A stretch of 64,000 bases of DNA from Octopus bimaculoides (lineage: Eukaryota), in contig NC_068982.1 in NCBI RefSeq assembly GCF_001194135.2, forward strand, positions 178,719,002 through 178,783,001, written 5' to 3'. The number at the start of each line of letters is the position of its first letter. The stretch's first letter is position 1. Shown one piece after another: positions 1 to 12,099 of this stretch. A model generated the notes under the pieces. The model worked only from the letters and a program-made list of their open reading frames with translations. It made no database searches and was not told the origin of the DNA. The position numbers and the translations under genes are program-made.

Positions 1-1130
1 TGGTGTTAAGCGTAAGAATATTTAACGTTGAGACATTAAGAATGTAAAAATGCACCATGCAGGCGACGAAGCGGGGAAAACATCATAAAATAAACTGGAA
101 TGGATCTACTTGATGGTAAAAATATAAAATCCTTAAGTGTAGAAGAGTAAAATAAACTGAAAGTAGTTAAATTACAGTTATTTTTCAATTTAGGGATGTC
201 TTCCTGATAGTTTAATGTCAGCATGTTGCTTTATGTGATAATTACACGGAATCACGTGCATCACCTGATGAATGATTGCAGATGCCTGGAAGTAAGACCC
301 AGTCGCTTAATATAGATATTAATGGAGGTTATTCAAATGTTTTGCCTGTTAGTCGTTGGTAAGTACGGAATTTACGTAGATAATCAAGTATGAAGATAAC
401 ACAAGAGAACATAGTGATAATATAGTTTTAGTCTAAAAAAAATATTTATAAATGTTTGATGTTTACTAAAATTATATACACATAAAAATATCTATGTGTA
501 TAAAAACTATCTATGTATATAAAAACATGTTTGTGTTTAAAATACACAAAGCTTTCTTGCGAATGATATACTTAGGATATAAATTCTTGACTGTATAGCT
601 AAGGTGTCGAATTTATTGCAGATTTGGTTACTTTAAAGAATTAATTTAACTTGAATGGATATTGTGAAGAAGACGTTATAGATACGTTGGCGATACACCT
701 TAGTTCACAAGAGGTAATGATATTTTGCAAATTGTTGTTAGCTTTTCAGCTTTACCATTTTTAAAAATAAGTATGGATTACCACCGATATAAAAATGTAT
801 ACTAGTAATTATGGATAATTTTACTTTAGCATGTTCCACTAGTATTCCTTAAGTGGCTATTTTATTATGTAGTCACAATGGAGAAGTGGTGTGCTTACAG
901 CTATTGTAGCAAAGCATTTCATACAAATGTGTGATTTATCTTGATCATAATGCAGTGAATTCAGTTTAAGAAAATTTTATGCAGGTGGAATACACACACG
1001 CATGCGCATGCGTGTACACATACATTCACGCGTTCACACACACACGAATCAGTGAACAAAGTAAAGATTGTTGTACTTAACACATTTGATTCGAGTTACA
1101 TTATACTAGTAACAGTTTGATTGAGCTCTG

Positions 1131-1180
1131 CATTACTTAAAATTTCGCAGACACGTAGGATGCATCTGCCTCGTCAGATG
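1131..1180 (-). ncRNA. Minimal type I hammerhead ribozyme
   Basis: Minus strand: CAU-CUGACGA-G-GCAGAUGC-auccuac-GUGUCUGC-GAAA-UUUUAAG-UA-AUG. Stem I CAU/AUG, 8-bp stem II (two G-U pairs), intact core, predicted cleavage after GUA. Confidence 0.75.
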
Positions 1181-1790
1181 TTTGGAAAGAGTAGAAAGTT
1201 TGAAAGAACTTCAGAAAGGCGTATTGGTGTTTGGGCTCGTACTGGTCAGTTGCTGTCCTGTGGCTGTAATGGTATAAAAGCTAATATTTTCTTTAATTTT
1301 TGCGGACAGAATGTTTGTTGGATACTGACGGCATTTCATGGCAGGCTACAATTTGGTATAATCAGCAACATAATTTTCTTGTTCTGCATACGAACATGGT
1401 AGGGTAGGAAAGATACGTCATTCTGTGGAGTTTGATTACATTATTTTGCCCATTGATGGATATTGCAAGTTAGTGGAATGTATGTATTTCTCAAGGACAC
1501 AGATTTGGCAATTACGAGCTAGGGTGAATAAGGAGGAGCTCTGTCAACGATACTCCATTCGATGTTGGGGATGTCATGTCAATGGTTCTGGAGTCGCCAG
1601 ATGAAGCGGGACAGAGATAGAGTTTTAACGATCCTTCTAACAGAAGGAACGCATGTGTTTTGTATATCTTCCTTTAAATTCATTGGCTGTCATGCTCGTG
1701 TAGTTGTTTGCGTTGCCATCAGATGGTCTGAGATAGCCCTTTAGACTACAGCTATTGATAAACAGGGTCCCTCATAGGCTAGCAAGTAAA
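1131..1790 (-). mobile_element. Penelope-like element 3' fragment (decayed GIY-YIG endonuclease C-terminus plus 3' terminal repeat)
   Basis: Minus-strand translation with stops and frameshifts gives ANEFKGRYTKHMRSF...SLSRFIWRLQNH*HDIPNIEWSIVDRAPPYSP...NCQICVLEKYI, the C-terminal half of a PLE GIY-YIG domain (W-x-I, PY, CxxCxxE). An HHR follows on the same strand. Confidence 0.85.
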
Positions 1791-1904
1791 ATGTCAGTAG
1801 TTACAAATTAGGGTACGGCCTGTGTTGATGTCTGCTTGCGTATACTGTAGCGTGCGATATTTGAAGCGATATTATCTTAACACGAGTATCTAAACTTGAA
1901 GTTG

Positions 1905-1906
<2 letters not shown>

Positions 1907-1962
<56 letters not shown>

Positions 1963-2104
1963 NNNNNNNNNNNNNNNNNNNNNNNNNNNNNNNNNNNNNN
2001 NNNNNNNNNNNNNNNNNNNNNNNNNNNNNNNNNNNNNNNNNNNNNNNNNNNNNNNNNNNNNNNNNNNNNNNNNNNNNNNNNNNNTATATATATATATATA
2101 TATA
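1907..2104. repeat. (CA)n / N gap / (TA)n microsatellite block
   Basis: Directly visible; source of the spurious HTHT, CVCV and YIYI ORFs. Confidence 0.98.
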
Positions 2105-2109
2105 TATTC

Positions 2110-2335
2110 TTTTATTTTTTTACTTGTTTCAGTCATTTTGACTGCAGCCATGCTGGAGCACCGCCTTTAGTCGATAAAATAGACCCCAGGACTTATTCTT
2201 TGTAAGCCTAGTAATTATTCTGTCGGTTACTGTCGAACCGTTTGGTTACTTATTCTGTCGGTCACTTTTGACGAACCGCTTTCAACGTAAACACATCAAC
2301 ATCGGTTGTCAAGTGATGGTGGGGAGACAAACAGA
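2110..2335 (-). mobile_element. Octopus-type SINE (family with gtttcagtcattttgactg...gaaccgct), small internal duplication
   Basis: Same sequence recurs at 37620-37750 and partly at 59020-59050. The ttattctgtcggt segment is duplicated near 2215 and 2250. Confidence 0.75.
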
Positions 2336-2501
2336 CACAAACAAACGCACGCACACACAGAAACTCACACACAGACACACACACAGACACACACACAGAC
2401 ACACACACAGACACATACACACACAGACACACACACAGACACACAGACACACAGACACACACGGACACACGCACACACANNNNNNNNNNNNNNNNNNNNN
2501 N

Positions 2502-2590
<89 letters not shown>

Positions 2591-3849
2591 ATTTAGCGAA
2601 ATGTATTTTTTGAGATTTACATGTGAAATGCGAGTGAAACAGCTTGCAAGTTCAGAGAAAACAAAAGACTTCTGCAAACAATAAAAGTGGAACATACACT
2701 GTTTTATTATAGATTCATAGTATAATAATGAGTGTAGGTTTGCTGCCTAACAAATTTAAGAGTGTACGCAAACGTCGTTGCTAAGTTTCATAGCAGAAGT
2801 ATTATCTGCCTCTAAAAAGCTAATCTATTCTTTGAAATGAAAGTTTGGACTATTGTATTGGTGTACTGAAATCATAAAAGGTCACCATTGATTGTAAGGC
2901 AAAAATTAAAAATTATTGAAGGTATTATTTATATAATATATCAAGATTAAGAAAGAGTCTTGCATGTGTGCTTCTTTCGTCTGATATACTTCGTTAATAG
3001 CAAGTCTTTGAGGCATTCTTCTTGCAGCTGCATGTCCATTCACCTAAAACTGAAAGATTAAACACACGCGCGCGTACACATATACCCACCCACACGCACA
3101 TACACACACCCACACACAAACATACACACACACACTTATACACATATGCGCAAATGCAGACATAGGTTCTTAGATTCTAAACTGCAGTATAGATGATCTA
3201 TCGTTGTGTTAATCTACGATGTTATTTTGAAGCATTCATGAACTTTTGATCATATTTATAGAAGCTTGGTAGAGTCTACTTGATTTAGTCTCAGAAAAGA
3301 AATAATGAAAATAAACACAGTAAATCATTTAATCCGGCATTCTACTGTCACAGTTTGTTTTTACAATGTAAAAACTATCAAAGAACAACATTTCATGTTA
3401 CTTAAAAGCATCCAGGGAGCAATTGTGTGAATTAGATTTTTCAGATGACAATTTCACATATAAAAACTTAAATATAAATTTTACATCAGACAAAAAAAAT
3501 ATAATGTATTATGTGAAAAAATAAATGTGATAAATCTAATTAAACAATCAAAATCGTGATGAAATATCGGATAAAACTAAAGACAAGGTTAGTAGTATTA
3601 AAAACACACCAGAGACAAATTTTCAAATGAAAAGTGGTTTAAACTTCATACATTAATATAAATAAAATAGTGAAAGAACTATTGATTTATTTTTTGATGA
3701 AACACAGAGACACTATTTTTGTTGGGAGATAGGTGTGTTTTATTTATTTATCTATTCTAAGTATATAACACAATGCTGATGGTGATGATTATTACGACAA
3801 CTATGGCGGTAATGATAATAATGATGGTGGTAATGTCTCCATACTCATT

Positions 3850-4140
3850 AAAGAAATAACTGTATCTCAAAGACTGGCCCGAATATATTTCAGACACCAA
3901 TAGTTACTAGCCCTATACAAAGCTCACGTCAGACGCGCAAGGGAATAATGCTCTCACATCTGGAGCAGTGCTATCAACACACAAAAACATTCCAGGTAAG
4001 ATCCCTACCAAAGCCACCTGTTTGATAGGCATGAAGTTGTACAACAATCCACTCCAGTATCTGGTCTACAGATATGGTCTTTTTACTTTCCTTATTCTAA
4101 GTCTACGACATTAGACTCTCTTCAACCTTATTTTGTGTCA
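3850..4140 (+). mobile_element. CR1-like LINE 3' ORF2 remnant
   Basis: Translation LLALYKAHVRRARE*CSHIWSSA resembles the LYKAxVRPxxEYCSHIW motif found downstream of RT in CR1-type LINEs. Confidence 0.6.
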
Positions 4141-4456
4141 CTATCATTTAAACATTCATCCTTTTGCTTTCAATCACTCATACTTTGCTTATATGACTGA
4201 CACACACCAATCACGTTAACCACATTTTTCTTTCTCTCTCATGTAATTCCATGACATCAACCTCAGTTTTTTCCCTGGCATTAGAGGTTCTCCGAAATCC
4301 AAAATACTAGCTCTCCCTGAGAGCAAACGAAACAAGAACAAATAAAAAAAATGAAAAGCACGTTCCGCATGTGAAATCTAGTGAAGATGCCTCTCCAATA
4401 AAGATGTAGAACAAGAGTTAAGTAAATACCGAAGATAATACTATATTTATCAATGG

Positions 4457-4680
4457 TCGGCGAGCTGGCAGAATCGTTAGCGCACCGGACGAAATGCTTA
4501 GCGGTATTTCGTCTGCCTTTTACGTTCAATTTCCGCCGAGGCTGACTTTGCCTTTCATCCTTTTGGGCTCGATTAAATAAGTACCAGTTCCGCAATGGGG
4601 TCGATGTAATCGAGTTAATCCCTTTGTCTGTTTTTGTTAGTCCCATCTATGTTTATCCCCCTGTGGGCAATAAAGAAATA
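4457..4680 (+). mobile_element. tRNA-derived SINE (dominant family of the window)
   Basis: ggcgagctggcagaatcgttagc...ccgccgagg...tttgcctttcatcc...gtaccag...ggggtcgatgtaatcga. More than ten related copies occur in the window, and better-preserved copies have an A-box-like head and a gagttcaaattcc B-box. Confidence 0.85.
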
Positions 4681-5373
4681 TATATATTCATCAATGGAAT
4701 ATGCTATTTCCATGCAGTTATTAGTAGTTCCGATCTTTGATACCAATTTATAACGCAACGTAGTGGAAAAGATTAGTTTTAGGTTTTTACTCAGAAGAAT
4801 ACAATAAAGTATGTAAGCAAACCCTCACATAGATTGTACAATATCATACCAGCTCTAACGTATGTTTTATAAAAGCACAGAAGACAGTTGAAAGACTGAA
4901 CAGAAACCATTTATAGATCAAACAGGATTAATAACATACTGTGTATTCGACACTTCTTAACAATGTTGTTGAAGACAAAAGCCTTGCAAAATACCAGGGT
5001 TTATATTTTCGTTGTAATATTATATTGTACTGAAATATTGCGGGCAACATCAGATAATCCGGTTAGAATTTTCATTGCATATAAAAGCAATAATAAGTAT
5101 CATTATAATCAACAGGAAGGAAAATAACTGGAAACCAGGGTGATTGCATGGGTGGTATTAAATTCATAGGGTGGGTAATATTTGTAAGCGGATGATATTC
5201 CAGGTAACAGCAGATAGAGAAACATCGACATTGTAGAAGTGATGCTTTCTATTTACTCCGATGGTCAGTGTCACTAATGGCGTCATGTATTTGCCAAACC
5301 TATTATCATACAGAATTAACTTTGCAAGCAAAATCCCCAATGCTCTTGAGAATGATGGAGAATGATGGAGAAT

Positions 5374-5375
<2 letters not shown>

Positions 5376-5405
<30 letters not shown>

Positions 5406-5619
5406 NNNNNNNNNNNNNNNNNNNNNNNNNNNNNNNNNNNNNNNNNNNNNNNNNNNNNNNNNNNNNNNNNNNNNNNNNNNNNNNNNNNNNNNNNNNNNNN
5501 NNNNNNNNNNNNNNNNNNNNNNNNNNNNNNNNNNNNNNNNNNNNNNNNNNNNNNNNNNNNNNNNNNNNNNNNNNNNNNNNNNNNNNNNNNNNNNNNNNNN
5601 NNNNNNNNNNNNNNNNNNN

Positions 5620-5676
<57 letters not shown>
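5376..5676. repeat. (GA)n microsatellite spanning an N gap
   Basis: Directly visible. Confidence 0.98.
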
Positions 5677-5679
<3 letters not shown>

Positions 5680-6862
5680 TGGAGTTAAATGTAACGAATA
5701 AAATGTAACATTAATGGCTTTTATAGGAAGATTTAAAACGGGCGGAAAACAAAAAAGAATCAGTATTTCAATTTTATTGTGTGATCTTAGGAGGATTGTT
5801 TTCTATTCCCCAGAAGTGACGCAATGGATTCTACCACGTGAACATAGTTCCTTTTATCCTTCACAATCGCAGTAGTTAGAATTCATTTTAAATGCATTAT
5901 TGTTATATTTCCGTCTTTAGAAAATTATAAGATTTCGAAGATTAGTTCCTTGAAAGATTACTGACAAATGTTGCCAATGCTGAACCTAAATCCTAAGAGA
6001 AATGAGTAGGCTTTTGTTAGATCAATGTCGGTATAGCCATTTACCTTCTATCTTAGATCCGGATTAACAACAATCGATATAATGATTTCTGATTTAAAGC
6101 AACAAACGTTGATCAGTTCACTTTTCATTTCAAAGTCATCAGCGATTTCACCAAAATTTTCTTCGAGATTTTAATATATCGATTTTATTTTCAAATTCAA
6201 ATAATATACTTGGCATTTACTTGTTCTAAATTTGTAAGCCTCCCAGAGTGAACCTGAACTATATTTTAAATTTATGCTTTGTCATGATTATTGATTTCTT
6301 GAGATTAAACTTATGATCAACTTTGGAAGGAGAAAAGGTATTGCTGATTGAATCATCGATCATAATATAATAGTGCTTATTTAATCGACTGCATCTGAAC
6401 GCAAGCCATCTCTGCAACTTATATTTATAATGTAAAGAGGACAATATGAAATATTATAAGACGCTCTAATGTTTTTGCCTAATTACAATCTCTCAGATTT
6501 ATCATAATTACTGATTTAGTTCCTCAAGAGAAAAGACCAATATCTTCAGGGATGAACAGTTCTTTTAATTGAGCATAATATCTCATTTCTACTTATTAAT
6601 GTCCCTTTATATTATGATTACCATTCAGGGTAACAAACGCTTATTTGGCGATATGGTGGGAGTATTAGAATGTTCTCAAAATATTTAATATCATACGATT
6701 AGTTTAAATTCTAGATTATTGTGAAAGTAACAATTCATTTCATTTAGATAGAGCTGATTAAGTAATTACCAGTCTGATACGGTTATTGATTCAATCGGTT
6801 ATACCCTTATACCTATAAAGGCTTCAGATAGTTAAGGAGCAATTTTCATTTTCCACGAGAAT

Positions 6863-6997
6863 TACAGGGTGATTCAAATGTCACTATACATAGGAAAAAA
6901 TTATTTGTTTTATAAGAAACAGTTAAATAAAAAGAAAACTGTTTCTTATAAAGAAATAAATCATTCTTATGTATAGCGACTTTTGAATCATCCTGCA
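6863..6997. mobile_element. Tc1/mariner-type MITE, almost fully palindromic
   Basis: Left end TA-CAGGGTGATTCAAATGTCACTATACATAGGA; right end reverse-complements to CAGGATGATTCAAAAGTCGCTATACATAAGA. Inner arms tttataagaaacagtt / aactgtttcttataaa also pair. Confidence 0.8.
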
Positions 6998-8449
6998 TAT
7001 CTCGGAATAGTGGGGTTAAACTCATTGTGGCATAATGTATTCGGCCGTGTCTATTAGTTATTTATATTTCGTGTAAGATAAAACGTTCGACTATAGAACT
7101 AATATTGCTAAACACTCGAAGAGATATTTAGGGTCGGTTTGTATTGAGTTATTTTCATGTTTATTTGTACCTTGGGTAAATCTGATTTCATAAAATTTTA
7201 ATTATATCTATAAATTGATTAAATAATTGAAAAAAAAATATGGCTATGTTCTTCAAACTATTGTGAATATTTTTGCGCTATATTATTTTAGTTCTTTTTT
7301 GGTGCTGATATTCTTGTTTTACTTCTTTGTGAGCAGAGCGATTTTAAATTCTCTCTATACTCATATGGTCACATTAACTTGCTATCACCTACAGATCTTA
7401 AATTACCTGGCTCTTTTCCACGAGATTATCCTGACCATTATCTCGAAATACAGATTCATCCTAAGCTAATCCTTCGTTTCATGACCATTCTGATATCGAG
7501 CAGCTTCCAAACTATTCCATGAAAGCCATGGTAACTGATCCTTCAGGTGTAAACGAAAGCTATTATTCCAAATATACACCCTTACGTGTTATGGCCTATG
7601 TTCGTTAAACCCTTAAAATCATATTGTGGAAGATGCATGCAAATATTTTCATCATGCACCTATCACATAATCCTTCAGGTAAATATATTTCTTACTTGCT
7701 TATTTTATAATTTGGTCACGCTCATTTCGTTTTCTGTCCTACATTAACGATCAAGTAGGTTTCAAGCAATTCATATAAATGCATTATCTTTATCATTTTA
7801 TTTATTGCTCTTGCCGTATCGTTAGTATCAACATTCTCATCACTGACAAGGCTGTCACCACTATCACCATTGTGTTAGACAATAACTACACATGTCCCGA
7901 TTACTATTAATGTGCCACAGTGCTTGTCTTTAGTAATAGTAATATGTATAGTATTGATCTTATTGTTTCTAATCACGAAGATACGTGATGAAGAGCTTTC
8001 GGGTCGTAACAATCTTTTCTTTTCAGGGATACTCGAGACTTTAATAATCAATGTCGAGCGATCACAAGGATATACCCTTGCTGCCCGTGTTCGTCTGTTT
8101 TTGTCTGAGAATGTTTGAGAAGCTTTGAACCCCTTATCTTATCAGTTGGCCTCACACAGTCCAAGCATGCTTATGGTCAAGTTAGCTACCAATCACCTAC
8201 TAGAAATAAAAAGCAAAGCGTTTATAGGAAGACCTCTAGGCGCCTGTAAAAATCCACTCGCGTCGCTCTTGTTGGGGCATAGACAGTTACTACTGTAAAT
8301 CTATAACCTCTATAGCTATAACCTTCGCAAACAGGGTTTTCTCTCCCCGGCTAGTTGTGAATGTTTCCACAAGTTGTTTTTACATTGTTTTAGGGGAGGA
8401 TGTTAGTCTGTTACATCTACACAGTACATGAATAGTACTATATGTTAAC

Positions 8450-9460
8450 CACCCTGGATGAATGAAAGTCAAAGTAGACCTCGGCGTGATATGAACGCAG
8501 AACATAAAGATTCCGAACAAATATCAAAAGGTATTTTTTTCTAATGCTCTAACGATTCTGCCAGCTCTATGACTTTAATAGTTTGGCACAAAGCCATCAA
8601 CTTCGGAGTTGGTGGTAAGTCGATTACATCGATCCCAGTTCTCAACTGGTACTTATTTTATCGACCCTGAAAAGATAAAAGTCAAAGTAGATTTTGGTGG
8701 AATTTGTACTTAAAACGTAAAGACGGTCAAAATGCTGCCCCGGATTTTGTCCGTCGAACTAATGATTTTGTCAGCTCGCCACCTTTGACATTGAAAATGA
8801 TTTCTAACTCAAGCACAAGTCCAGAAATTTTGAGGGGTTTAAATAAATTCATAGACTCCAGTTCTTGACTGGTAATTCATTTTATCGATCTGAAATTGAT
8901 GAAAAGCAGTTCTAACCTGACCGCGATTTGGTAACAAAATAGACAGGACAAGCAGTACACGACAACTTGTCCGACAGTCTAATGATTATGCCAATCCACT
9001 ATTCTAATAATTACTTATAATTTAGTTCAACGCCAGGAATTTTGACGGGCGAGGTTAGTTCATTGCATCAAATGAAGCGACCTCAGAGGGGTGAAAAGTA
9101 ATATTGTTCTTGGCGGGATTTTGATTTATAATGTAAGGAATCGTAAGATTTACTGCAAAGAAATTTTCAGACACTCTTACGATTTCGCCAGTGAACTGCC
9201 TATCCATCGTCCTTCTAATAATAATGAATGTTTCTAGTTAAGTCATTAGGCCAGCATCTTTATTGAGTGACGGGAAGGGGATAGATTAGCGGATACCATG
9301 GACGCCAGCACTTGAGTGGAGCGTTATTTTATTGTTCTCGGAGGGATGAAAGATAAAGTTCACTTCAGTACGATTTGAACTCAGAATATAAAGAGCAGGA
9401 ACAAACACGGTGAAACCTTTTTCTGGTGTTGTAACGACTGTGCTAATCAATCGCTTCAAC
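8450..9460 (-). mobile_element. Cluster of about five decayed copies of the dominant SINE, same orientation
   Basis: Repeated tcgatcccagt...ctggtacttattttatcgac...aaagtcaaagtagac...gaactcagaa...ctgccag motifs, reverse-complementary to the 4457 copy. Confidence 0.75.
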
Positions 9461-9589
9461 GTAAAAGTGATAATAATGCTGAGTAGAAGATGAAGAAAGA
9501 GAAGAAATAGCAATAATAGTAGTAGTAGTAGTGGTGATGGTAGTGGTTGTGGTGGTAGTAGTAGCTGTGTTGCAGCAGCAGCAACTATA

Positions 9590-9592
9590 GTA

Positions 9593-9632
<40 letters not shown>

Positions 9633-9706
9633 AAGAAGAAGAAGAAGAAGAAGAAGAAGAAGAAGAAGAAGAAGAAGAAGAAGAAGAAGAAGAAGAAGAA
9701 GAAGAA
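9590..9706. repeat. (TAG)n-(GAA)n compound trinucleotide microsatellite
   Basis: Directly visible; source of the poly-S/poly-T ORF 9286..9711. Confidence 0.97.
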
Positions 9707-10489
9707 GGCACAAGTGGCTGTAAGCTAATTTGAAGGAAATGTGTAAAGGTACGTGAGATAAAAGAAGTATAAATTAAGTAGATGAGTATGGAAATTGAGA
9801 AAGTAAATTGTGAGCTAAGGATACGTTGAGAGGCATCGATCGATACACACCAGAAGTGTATTTTTGTCTATTCGTAATGTACTATTTATTTCATTATATA
9901 TCTAATTCAGAAAACACAGTTTAGTACAGCGGAATTGTGTAGAATATATATTTTGTTTTAGGGCAACACTATTGTTTTATATTCAGCTCGTATATGATTG
10001 TGAATAGCATCTGAAGAAATTTTCCAATGAAAAAACAACACAGTGTTTATTGTAAAGTTCTTATTAGTTCAGTCAATAATAACGCAGCAATGAGATTTTG
10101 TTTCCAATAACAGAAAAAGGACATATACTGAAATCAGCAATAAGACTAATTTTCAAGTAGAAAGAACTCATTTACAAATAATTCCACAACAAACAACAAA
10201 AATTAAATTCAATTTACATATTGTTCATAAAAAACACTATGCAAATTTCCTATTCCCTATATATATAAATGATAGCTAGAATGATATCTACTACTCAAGC
10301 ATTTTGCCTATGTATCTAATGTATCCAACATCTGCCTTTCTCTCCCTATTTCTCCTTCTCTCTCTGTCTCTCCACCTTTTTCTCTCTAAAAGCATATATG
10401 AACCCATTATATATATATAATGTATTTCTATACGCATATGTAATATACTCCGTTTAGAGTTTTACTATCTTTTACGCTTAGGGTTCAAT

Positions 10490-11420
10490 TCCAGTGTTTC
10501 CGTTCTTTGGTGCTAGAACGTGTAGCTTCAAGTTGTTTGGGTGTTGGTACCTCAAACGTGTCGTACAATACTCTCATGGGGATTTCATTTCTAGTGACCG
10601 TGTTTTCTGTGAGTCTTTTCTTAAACTGGCTGATATGTGTTTTATGTTCGACATTTTCTCCTTTTATTAGAAATAACATTTTTTCCAATCTTTTTTAATC
10701 ATAACACCGTCCTTCCAGCTTTCTTTACCATCTTTCTTTATCATCTAACTTGAAGAATTTTGAAGAATGTTTTGTTCGCCTTTTTTATATTTTCACTCGG
10801 TATCAGCTTATCAAATACGGCTCTGATCTTTCTAGCAAACATCAATTCTCCGGTGATATTCTGGACGGTGTATTCGGATTTGTTGTTACTCGGTACACTC
10901 TTAGAAATTGTTGCAGTGCAAGATCTTCCATAACTTCATTGTACGCCTTTTTCAACACCCTCTTGAAAATGTCAACAAAATGCTGCATCTGTCCATTTGA
11001 CCTAGGATGATAGAGCGGAGTGGTGACATGTTCGATGACGGATATTTTACAAAATTTTATGAACTTGTCTCACTTAAATTGAATTCCATTATCAACCACA
11101 ATGAGACCAGACCAGGAATACCACACCTGGTGAACAATTCGTGTAAATAAATCTATTGTAACCGCAGATGTCGGCTTTTTAAATTTATGCACTCCCGGCC
11201 ACTTTGAAAAACTGTCCACCACAACAAGGTAATATAAAATCTTAAGGGAACCTGCGTATTCAACATGCAAGTCTGGTCCATGGAACATCTGCTTTTGGCC
11301 ACGGTTTGGCAGCTAAGGCACACCTGCATGCTTTCACTGATTGTTTAATGTCACGGTCCATTGTTGACCAATATACATAACTTCTCATTGAATCGGATGG
11401 AGGTTTCAATTATCGCGAAT
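10490..11420 (-). mobile_element. Ty3/Gypsy LTR-retrotransposon integrase remnant
   Basis: DLHVEYAGSLKILYYLVVVDSFSKWPGVHKFKKPTSAVTI...VVDNGIQF and YHPRSNGQMQHFVDIFKRVLKK match the DDE integrase core of Gypsy elements. Frameshifted; no LTRs recognised. Confidence 0.85.
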
Positions 11421-11762
11421 GTCTAAAACACAAATTTGCCCACCTACAAATATATAGTCAACATTATTCATTGAATTCACTTTTTTTCTGATATTTAAAT
11501 AAATATAAATAGACACCTACATGTACGTCTGCGATTGTGTTCATGCATATATGTATCTGAGTGAACACATGTGGGTGTACACACACTCTCACAACACACT
11601 TCTCATTATTGTTAAAACTGTGCTAAAAGTATTGCAATATAATTGGAAATGAATGAGTGAAAATAGAAAGAAAACAAAACAAAACACTACACTTTAATTC
11701 CGTTTCTATGTATATGCATATACGTACATATATGCATACGTACATATATGCATACGTACATA

Positions 11763-11828
<66 letters not shown>

Positions 11829-12099
11829 AATATATATGTATANNNNNNNNNNNNNNNNNNNNNNNNNNNNNNNNNNNNNNNNNNNNNNNNNNNNTATATA
11901 TATATATATATATGTATAGGAGAAGAAAATGGATATAATAATAATGGGAAACTCATTTTTTTCGCTGGTATGTTTTTAATTGAATAGATAACAAGGAGGA
12001 AGAAGCAGAGATGAGAGAAGCATTTACTGGTTTAAGTAAATGTCTTCAGAATGCGAATATAGATAGATGCATCGGTTAGGATGCGAACGATAATTGATA

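Noticed and set aside
194-358. Possible first exon ending ATG TTT TGC CTG TTA GTC GTT G|gtaagt, signal-peptide-like
   Set aside because: Good donor site, but no downstream exon gives a recognisable protein; cannot be distinguished from chance.
5800-6500. Possible hAT transposase remnant on the minus strand
   Set aside because: Only a vague similarity (LEENFGEIADDF); not supportable without a search.
7965-8120. gTGATGAAGAGCTTTCGGGTCGTAAC, resembling the 32736 hammerhead
   Set aside because: Core and GAAA are both mutated and no stem I is present; at most a very old terminal-repeat remnant.
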